A DNA stretch of 32,000 bases from Candidatus Saccharimonadota bacterium. GTDB lineage: Bacteria; Patescibacteriota; Saccharimonadia; Saccharimonadales; UBA4665. The stretch covers positions 930,001-962,000 of the forward strand of contig CP065016.1 of the NCBI GenBank assembly GCA_016700375.1, in the 5' to 3' direction. A model generated the notes under the pieces. The model made no database searches. It worked only from the letters and a program-made list of their open reading frames with translations, and had not been told where the DNA came from. Shown piece after piece: positions 9,026 through 15,963 of this stretch (positions within the stretch are counted from its first letter, which is position 1; every line of letters begins with the position of its first letter). A program made the position numbers and the translations under genes.

Positions 9026-9052
9026 TTGGCACTCTAGACTTTTGAGTGCTAG
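9026..9052. promoter_or_regulatory. CIRCE operator upstream of dnaJ, with an embedded promoter
   Basis: TTGGCACTC-N9(TAGACTTTT)-GAGTGCTAG. The 21-nt core GCACTCTAGACTTTTGAGTGC is identical to the hrcA CIRCE. A -10 TACAAT at 9058-9063 lies 7 nt before the dnaJ ATG. Confidence 0.88.
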
Positions 9053-9070
9053 TTTTGTACAATAGTTTTA

Positions 9071-10228
9071 ATGTCAAAACGTGATTACTACGAAGTGCTG
9101 GGCGTTGGCAAAGATGCCAGTGCAGACGAAATAAAAAAAGCTTTTCGCCGGAAGGCGGTAGAGCTACACCCCGACAAGCAGGGTGGGGATGAAGTGAAAT
9201 TCAAAGAAGTAAATGAGGCCTACGAGGTGCTAAAAGACCAAAGCAAGCGCCAGCGTTACGACCAGTTTGGCCACGCCGGCGTGGGTGGCGCCAGTGGCGG
9301 AGGTGGCAATCCGTTTGGTGGTTTTGGCGGTGAATGGAATGGGCAAAACGTAAACTTTGACTTTGGTGACCTTGGCCTTGGCGACATTTTTGGTAGCTTT
9401 TTTGGCGGCGGTGCCGGTGGGAGTCGCGGGCAGCGTCAGGCGCGAGGAAACGACGTTGAGACACGCGTGGAAATTAGCTTCGAAGACGCCGTTTTTGGTA
9501 CCGAAAGCGAACTCCGGCTCAACCTAGAAGACACGTGTAGCCACTGCAAAGGCACAACGGCCGAACCAGGTCATGAGCTCAAAACCTGCGACACTTGCAA
9601 AGGTAATGGCCAAGTTGTGCAGGCTGTGCGAACTATATTTGGCAACATTCAGCAGGCGGCGGTTTGTCCAACCTGTCAGGGCAAGGGCAAAGTACCCGAA
9701 AAAGTGTGTAGCGTTTGCCGCGGCAAGGGCACCGAACGCCGCACTCAAACCGTCCAACTCAAAATCCCGGCTGGCATAGACGACGGTGCGACAATTCGCC
9801 TGCGTGAGCACGGCGAAGCTGTTGCGAATGGCCCGAAAGGCGACCTGTACGTCCACATCCGCGTCAAAGCGCATAAACACTTTACGCGTGAAGGCGACCT
9901 CATACTCAGCGACGAACACGTCAGCATGGTCGATGCCGCCCTCGGTACAGAAATAGATGTCGAAACGGTCGACGGAGCGGTGCGTATGAAAGTTCCGGCT
10001 GGGACCCAAAGTGGGAGCGATTTTAAACTGAGCGGCCACGGTGTCCCGCACCTTCAGAAAGAAACCCGTGGGGCGCATATAGTAACTATCATTGTCGATA
10101 CGCCGACGAAGTTGTCAAAGCAGCAGCAAGAACTCCTCGAGGCCTTCCGGGCCGAACCAAAAAAAACGCGGCTTTTTCTAGGCTTCACTTTTTGCTACAA
10201 ACACGTAATAATAGAGTCACATGCATAA
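9071..10228 (+). CDS. dnaJ: Co-chaperone DnaJ (Hsp40)
   Basis: J domain (DYYEVLGV...HPD), a G/F-rich linker and four CxxCxGxG zinc-finger repeats ([32 protein letters not shown]). Confidence 0.98.
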   Translation: MSKRDYYEVLGVGKDASADEIKKAFRRKAVELHPDKQGGDEVKFKEVNEAYEVLKDQSKRQRYDQFGHAGVGGASGGGGNPFGGFGGEWNGQNVNFDFGDLGLGDIFGSFFGGGAGGSRGQRQARGNDVETRVEISFEDAVFGTESELRLNLEDTCSHCKGTTAEPGHELKTCDTCKGNGQVVQAVRTIFGNIQQAAVCPTCQGKGKVPEKVCSVCRGKGTERRTQTVQLKIPAGIDDGATIRLREHGEAVANGPKGDLYVHIRVKAHKHFTREGDLILSDEHVSMVDAALGTEIDVETVDGAVRMKVPAGTQSGSDFKLSGHGVPHLQKETRGAHIVTIIVDTPTKLSKQQQELLEAFRAEPKKTRLFLGFTFCYKHVIIESHA

Positions 10229-10356
10229 GCGTAAGCTCAATCAACGCGGTCTCATAACCATGGAATTGCTTATTTTGATAGTACTCGCAGTGGTAATCTA
10301 TCTTATCTACAAGAAAGTTCAGAGCGCACAACAATAGCGAGTGCTATACTACGCAA

Positions 10357-11322
10357 ATGGCAAATAGTGTAACAAGACAGCTGTTGCTGCAAGAGGCGGC
10401 GAAGCGTGGCTGGGCGGTGAAAACGATTGGGCCGCGAGCTCAATTATGCAAAATTACAACCCCAGATGGCGAAACTGAGACATTTAGCGGTTCGCGTCCG
10501 ATGAAAAGTTCTGCAAACGGAAGACACATAGCAGTATATAAAGACCTCACACTTTCTTTCGTTCAATCACTTGGCTATGATGTGCCGCCATACGCAACTG
10601 TAGACAATTTTGAGGCTGCACTGCCATTCCTCGAGCAGTACGGAACTGTTGTCGTAAAACCTATTGACGGCTCGCAAAGTGTTGGTGTTAGCGTTGGTAT
10701 TGAAACGCACGAAAAGTTGTATGCTGCGATTAGTTTGGCAAAGAACAATAGCGCATCGGGAAGAGTTATTATACAGAAGCAAATCAAAGGTAAGCTATAC
10801 CGGATACTAGTGATTAATGGAAAGGTCCCGGTCGTAACTGAGCGTCGTGCGGCACGTGTTATTGGCGACGGAGTATCATCGGTTTCACAATTAGTGGAGC
10901 TACTCAATCAAGATCCCCGTCGTGGTCACGGTTCAGATACTCCCCTGAAGGTGGTAGAACACAAGGCGGTCGAAGCATATCTAGGGAGTCCTGCAATGCA
11001 GCACATACCTGCAAGGGGCGAGATTATCCGCGTATCGGGCATAGAAAGCGTAAGCGCCGGAGGTGAAGCAGCAAATGTGACTGACATAGTAGACCAAACA
11101 TGGGTCGCCGCCGCATGCGCTATTACCAAGGCAATGGGATTATTTATTGCTGGTTTTGATATTATGACTGAAAATATTGCACAGCCCATTGAGGGCAAGT
11201 ACATCCCGCTTCTTGAAGTAAATAGCTCCCCAGGTCTAAAAATTCACGAATATCCTTCCCAAGGAGAGCCGGTACATATAGCACCTCTGCTTTTCAATGA
11301 ACTATTTTCAACCGAATCATAA
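10357..11322 (+). CDS. ATP-grasp ligase resembling the N and G domains of cyanophycin synthetase, with no M domain (321 aa)
   Basis: VVVKPIDGSQSVGV, RVIGDGVSSVSQLVELLNQDPRRG, SAGGEAANVTDIV, GFDIM and LLEVNSSPGLKIHEYPSQG match the pattern I recall for the CphA1 ATP-grasp region. It is a paralogue of the 13703-14767 gene. Confidence 0.8.
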   Translation: MANSVTRQLLLQEAAKRGWAVKTIGPRAQLCKITTPDGETETFSGSRPMKSSANGRHIAVYKDLTLSFVQSLGYDVPPYATVDNFEAALPFLEQYGTVVVKPIDGSQSVGVSVGIETHEKLYAAISLAKNNSASGRVIIQKQIKGKLYRILVINGKVPVVTERRAARVIGDGVSSVSQLVELLNQDPRRGHGSDTPLKVVEHKAVEAYLGSPAMQHIPARGEIIRVSGIESVSAGGEAANVTDIVDQTWVAAACAITKAMGLFIAGFDIMTENIAQPIEGKYIPLLEVNSSPGLKIHEYPSQGEPVHIAPLLFNELFSTES

Positions 11323-12224
11323 CCCCAATCACGCATTAGCCACCAATAGATAAAGCACGCTACAATTTCTCTTGTAAATCTTTCAAAACAAACAGGAGGA
11401 AAATATGCGTGCTTTACAGAGGAATAATATCGTAGATGTGTTTGTTTGGGTAGACGACATAGTCGTCCAACCAAACAAACGAGGTCAGCATCCGGCCCTT
11501 AAAGACAGTGAACTCCTCACTATCCTCATATGGGATGGCCTCACCGAACCCCACAAAAACCTTTCGAGTTTGTACGGCTGGGCTTGCAGAGAGTACTCGG
11601 ATTGTTTTCCTCATATGCCCAAGTACCAAAACTTTGTGGCTCACGTGCATCGATTACTGCCACAGATGGTTTGGTTGCTACAGACGCTTCTAGCAAGCGG
11701 AGCACCGCTCCGCTTTGTCGACAGCACAATGCTCCCCGTCTGTAAGCCCATACGTGCTAACAGACACAAAGTAGCCAAGGGTGTAGCCGACTTTGGCAAG
11801 AACTGGCAAGGGTGGCACTACGGGTTCAAGCTCCATGCGGCCATAGATTACAACAACAGGTTAGCAGCTGTTGTATTTACTCCTGCTAATGAACACGACA
11901 ATCAGCACATCGAACAACTCGTGAATGACCACACGAAGATACTTGTCGGCGATAGTCACTACGGTGGCAGCGTCATGCGCAAGCGACTCTGGAAGAAACA
12001 TAAAACTATAGTGATCGCACCACCGCATCATACTCAAAGAAAGAAATTAGCCGCAGACTGGCAAATGCTTTTGCTCCACATGAGACCAAAGATAGAAGCT
12101 ACCTTCGGTAAGCTTAAGGAACACCACTTCCTGGTCACTTCGTTCCCAAGAAGTGTTAAAGGTTACTTTACACACTATGTGCGGGTACTACTTGGTTACC
12201 AGATGGCTAATGCGTGATTGGGGT
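11322..12224 (+). mobile_element. Intact IS element, IS982-family-like (903 bp)
   Basis: Perfect 21-bp terminal inverted repeats: ACCCCAATCACGCATTAGCCA (11322-11342) and its reverse complement (12204-12224). A 7-bp direct repeat AATCATA flanks the element (11315-11321 and 12225-12231). It carries a single DDE transposase ORF. Confidence 0.9.
11405..12217 (+). CDS. DDE transposase, IS982-family-like (270 aa)
   Basis: AGGAGG SD. Candidate DDE residues lie in FVDSTMLPVC, LVGDSHYGG and RPKIEATFGKLK, with GFKLH between them. The ORF ends inside the right IR. The family assignment is from memory of IS982 motifs. Confidence 0.85.
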   Translation: MRALQRNNIVDVFVWVDDIVVQPNKRGQHPALKDSELLTILIWDGLTEPHKNLSSLYGWACREYSDCFPHMPKYQNFVAHVHRLLPQMVWLLQTLLASGAPLRFVDSTMLPVCKPIRANRHKVAKGVADFGKNWQGWHYGFKLHAAIDYNNRLAAVVFTPANEHDNQHIEQLVNDHTKILVGDSHYGGSVMRKRLWKKHKTIVIAPPHHTQRKKLAADWQMLLLHMRPKIEATFGKLKEHHFLVTSFPRSVKGYFTHYVRVLLGYQMANA

Positions 12225-12234
12225 AATCATAATA

Positions 12235-12263
12235 TTGCAAAATTAACCTTAACATGCTATAAT
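12235..12263 (+). promoter_or_regulatory. Sigma-70-type promoter for the 12320-15277 operon
   Basis: TTGCAA (12235-12240), a 17-nt spacer, then TATAAT (12258-12263). It lies immediately after the right-hand target-site duplication of the IS. Confidence 0.7.
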
Positions 12264-12319
12264 TTGTACTGTTCCTTCTCGCGCGGTTTCGTACTACACT
12301 AACCGTAGAAAAGACAATT

Positions 12320-13699
12320 ATGGTTAAACACAAGCTAGCTATCGATTATAATGCATCGCGCCCCATTGGGGTGTTGAGCCCTGACCCCTATAATTTCCTT
12401 ATTCTAGATATGTTGTTTGACGATATACAGATAGTCACCCCGCGTCAGCAAAATTGGCTTAGAGACCTGCCGCTCAAAGCGAAAGTCACATCTTTGAACC
12501 TCAATAAGCTTACTCCGGGCGAAAACATCGGTAAATTTGTTACTACTAAGAAATTTATTGAGATGTTTAAGGCGGATCCACGGCGCAAGTATCCCCTTTA
12601 TTCGCCGCTTGACCCACCCTACAAAGTAAATCCTCTCACGTACCTAATGAACTCCCCCACCATTGCTCATGCCTATGAGAATAAACGATATTTTCGCGAT
12701 GAATTTGCTGACCTTATCAAAGTACCCGAGTACGAAATAAAGTACATGAATGAACTTGACCGTGCAGCCTCGTACCGCGAACTTCGCGAACGGTTTGGCG
12801 GGGCATTTATGTTGCAAGACGAAGAATCGTCCGGTTCAAAAGGCAGCTACGCCATTCACAATGAAGATGATTATGTTGACGCCGTAAAATCACTCAAAAA
12901 ATATTCACAAGGTCGTACTGTCGTTGCGTCTCAGTTTGTTCGCGGCGAAGTCTCAAGCATTCAAGTGTGTATTACTAAATACGGCATTTTTAGCGGAGGC
13001 ATCCAGCGCCAGCTGGTAGACAGCAAATATCTATGTAACCCAAAACTCGAAGGCGCAACCCGATGGTGCGGCGGCGAAATTGGGGCGGAATACCCCGATA
13101 TTGTCCAGCATCGCGCGCAGGAAATCGCATCGGTCATTGGTTCGGAGCTATCCAGCCACGGGTATAAGGGAGTCTTTGGCGTGGACCTTATCGTAACCCC
13201 TGAGGATGAAGTGTACGCGATAGAAATCAACGCTCGACTGACCGGATATTCTCATATCATTAGCGACATGCAAATGCTTAATGGCAAAATACCATTTATG
13301 CTACTTCATATTCTTGAACTCGGGAACTACCGTTATGAGGTTACTGATACCGAAGCTCTGCCAAGCGCTGCACGTTACAAAAAACCGGGCTCACTTATGA
13401 TACTCAACAACCAGAGTAGTGAAGATTTTGTACTTAAACAGTACATTCGACCAGGAATATACAAACTAGTTGGTGACCGCGTGGAATTTGTCAAAGATGG
13501 CTACTCGCTCAAGGACTGCCGTAGTGGCGAAGACACTATGGTTATTATGTGTCGATACAACGAGGGAGAAACAATCGAACGCGGCAAACGCATCCTCAAG
13601 ATAATGAAGCTCGGCAAAACCATGAAGGGTAGCGACCTTAATCCTAAAGCGCAGCAGCTTGTAAGTGCAATTAAAACCACATTTAACCTACCCGGGTAG
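12320..13699 (+). CDS. ATP-grasp fold ligase with long N-terminal and C-terminal extra domains (459 aa); family unresolved
   Basis: Gly/Ser-rich loop DEESSGSKGSY and a Mg/ATP-site string GVFGVDLIVTPEDEVYAIEINARLTG. The architecture recalls peptide-ligase (PGM1-like) or D-Asp-ligase-like ATP-grasp enzymes, but this is unverified. Confidence 0.75.
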   Translation: MVKHKLAIDYNASRPIGVLSPDPYNFLILDMLFDDIQIVTPRQQNWLRDLPLKAKVTSLNLNKLTPGENIGKFVTTKKFIEMFKADPRRKYPLYSPLDPPYKVNPLTYLMNSPTIAHAYENKRYFRDEFADLIKVPEYEIKYMNELDRAASYRELRERFGGAFMLQDEESSGSKGSYAIHNEDDYVDAVKSLKKYSQGRTVVASQFVRGEVSSIQVCITKYGIFSGGIQRQLVDSKYLCNPKLEGATRWCGGEIGAEYPDIVQHRAQEIASVIGSELSSHGYKGVFGVDLIVTPEDEVYAIEINARLTGYSHIISDMQMLNGKIPFMLLHILELGNYRYEVTDTEALPSAARYKKPGSLMILNNQSSEDFVLKQYIRPGIYKLVGDRVEFVKDGYSLKDCRSGEDTMVIMCRYNEGETIERGKRILKIMKLGKTMKGSDLNPKAQQLVSAIKTTFNLPG

Positions 13700-13702
13700 A
13701 AA

Positions 13703-14767
13703 ATGCAACAGGTTGATTATAAAACCGTTACCGCGATGCTTGGAAACGGTTCGTCAATGCGGGGCGTCTTAAGGTGTTTTGCCGAAAAGGGTGCAAAAAT
13801 TTTTGTATTGTATGACCAGAAAAACGCGAACCATCGTGAGCGATATTTCCTCGTTAAATATGAGGAACTTACCATTCCTCTTAGGGCATACAGACTAAAT
13901 TTTATTTCGTCCCTAAACTCGTTACTAGCTCAAACTATAACCACCGATAAGGGAAAAACATGGGTTGTTGCTAAAGCCTACGACCTACCAGTCCCTGAAA
14001 CAGAGAAATTTGTGTCATATGATTTCGCAGATAGTTTCCTGAGGCGATTTCACTCAGTTGTTGTCAAGCCTGCTAAAGGTTCTCACGGAAATGGAATTAC
14101 TGTTGGCATAGAAGACAAAGGGGTACTTAAGCAGGCTGTCTCTGAAGCACAAAGATTATGCCCCGATGTATTAATACAACAACACATTAAGGGGGAAGAT
14201 TATCGTCTGCTTTTTGTCGATTATACATTTGTTGCCGCGGTGCGTCGAAGTCCTGCAGAAATCGTAGGAGATGGAACGCATACGATACATGAGCTCGTTT
14301 CTAGTTCGAATGAGGAAAGGCGAAAACAATGGTACGCTGTGCGGGATGGGTCACTTGATGGCGACAAAATAGTAGGTTCTATGTCTATAACTCCGCTTGT
14401 TGAGATTGAACGAGCCAGAGGAAAGGCATTCCTAGGCATGGTACCGGCCCTGGGCGAGACAGTAAAACTTCTAGATAAAGCCAATGTTAGTCTTGGTGGA
14501 CAAACCGAAGATGTGACGGACATCGTAAATACCGATTTGTGTAAACGCATAGAAAAATTGCTTCGCTCAATTGATTTACCGCTGTGTGGGGTCGATATTA
14601 TGTCAACGGACATTGCCAGTTCGCCCTCGGAGGGGAAGTCTTTTCTAATCGAATTGAATGCGGCACCGGGTCTGCGGCTCCACGAATCACCAACAGTAGG
14701 TACCCAAAGGCCGGTTTGCGGGCTAGTCGCAGATGCGCTCATACGCAAATATCGTGCGGTACAATAA
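13703..14767 (+). CDS. ATP-grasp ligase resembling the N and G domains of cyanophycin synthetase, with no M domain (354 aa)
   Basis: VVVKPAKGSHGNGITVG, EIVGDGTHTIHELV, SLGGQTEDVTDIV, CGVDIM and LIELNAAPGLRLHESPTVG. It is a paralogue of 10357-11322. Its start lies 3 nt after the stop of the previous gene. Confidence 0.8.
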   Translation: MQQVDYKTVTAMLGNGSSMRGVLRCFAEKGAKIFVLYDQKNANHRERYFLVKYEELTIPLRAYRLNFISSLNSLLAQTITTDKGKTWVVAKAYDLPVPETEKFVSYDFADSFLRRFHSVVVKPAKGSHGNGITVGIEDKGVLKQAVSEAQRLCPDVLIQQHIKGEDYRLLFVDYTFVAAVRRSPAEIVGDGTHTIHELVSSSNEERRKQWYAVRDGSLDGDKIVGSMSITPLVEIERARGKAFLGMVPALGETVKLLDKANVSLGGQTEDVTDIVNTDLCKRIEKLLRSIDLPLCGVDIMSTDIASSPSEGKSFLIELNAAPGLRLHESPTVGTQRPVCGLVADALIRKYRAVQ

Positions 14768-14773
14768 GGTAAT

Positions 14774-15277
14774 ATGTCTAATTACGTTTTGGAAGGAACC
14801 GAAACAAAGACAGCGTCTCGGGTCCGGGTTGGTAGCCCGGCTCTGGTTTCGCTGGTTATTATTGCTGTTGCGATAGTTATTACTTTTCTAGTGGTGTTAA
14901 TCCGAGAGTCCGTGAGCGCAGGGCCGAGACTTCAGGGGAAAGATACTGTTTATGCACTAGAAATTGCCGATTCTGAGGAAGAACGAATACGTGGCCTGAG
15001 CGGCCGGGAGCGGCTGGCTGAAAACAGCGGTATGCTGTTTGTGTTTGACCCTCCACAACAGGCTTGTATGTGGATGAAAAGCATGCGCTTTAGCATAGAT
15101 ATGCTATGGCTCGATACTGCGAAGAAAATCATCAACATGTCAGCTGATGTATCGCCGCAAACTTTTCCGAAGCTTTTTTGTGCCACAAAACCGGCGTCGT
15201 ACGTGCTTGAGTTACCATCTGGCACAATCGCCGGGCAATCATTTGCTGTAGGCCAAACGCTGAACATACACTTGTGA
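14774..15277 (+). CDS. DUF192 domain protein with an N-terminal membrane anchor (167 aa)
   Basis: The TM segment ALVSLVIIAVAIVITFLVVLI is followed by IADSEEERIRGLSGRERLAENSGMLFVF....CMWMKSMRFSIDMLWLD and YVLELPSG, the DUF192 pattern. It is coupled to the upstream ATP-grasp gene. Confidence 0.8.
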   Translation: MSNYVLEGTETKTASRVRVGSPALVSLVIIAVAIVITFLVVLIRESVSAGPRLQGKDTVYALEIADSEEERIRGLSGRERLAENSGMLFVFDPPQQACMWMKSMRFSIDMLWLDTAKKIINMSADVSPQTFPKLFCATKPASYVLELPSGTIAGQSFAVGQTLNIHL

Positions 15278-15465
15278 TGCATAGTGTGAGCTGGATTAAA
15301 GAAATAGTTCAGTTGTAGCTGTAGTATATGCCTATGATTTCACTCATTTTTCGGATACGTCGTTTCATTGCGTTCGTTGCGGTAGCTCGTTCGGTTTATC
15401 GTACGTACAAATCATTCAGACGAAGAGCACGTACTACCAAATAATGCTTATGGTATAGTGTCAGT

Positions 15466-15963
15466 ATGGACGCACAAATCTTGGTTGGGCTACTGGTGTT
15501 AGTGCCATTTGTAGCGGTTTTGCTGCTACATGCCAGTGGAGTATTTACGTTTTTGTCTCTATGTCTTGGAAGTGTACTGGCAACCTATGTTGCTGGCGAT
15601 GCCAACACGGTGCTCGCATCTGCTCGTAGCGGGGGCGGGCTGGCAACTATGCAATGGGTACAGCTTGGGCTGCTGGTAGCGCCAATGGCAGCCGCCATTC
15701 TTCTTACGCGCAAGAAATCAAAGGGTGTAAAACTTGTGCTGAGTGCAACGCTTGCGCTAATAGCCGGGGCGCTGCTTGCGCTTTTGGCAACGCCATACTT
15801 TTCGCGCGCACTTCAGGCTGACGTGACTGCAACAGAACTCTGGCATCAGCTATACAGCCTACAGACGGCCATTATCTTGAGCGGTACTGGACTGGTACTC
15901 TTCAACCTATTTTCTACGCGATGGAAGCCCGACGGCGACAAAAAGAAGCACAAAAAAGGCTAG
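15466..15963 (+). CDS. Hypothetical integral membrane protein (165 aa, about 5 TM, Lys-rich tail)
   Basis: Hydrophobic throughout. TGgTATAGT lies 6 nt upstream of the ATG, the leaderless-type arrangement. Confidence 0.65.
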   Translation: MDAQILVGLLVLVPFVAVLLLHASGVFTFLSLCLGSVLATYVAGDANTVLASARSGGGLATMQWVQLGLLVAPMAAAILLTRKKSKGVKLVLSATLALIAGALLALLATPYFSRALQADVTATELWHQLYSLQTAIILSGTGLVLFNLFSTRWKPDGDKKKHKKG

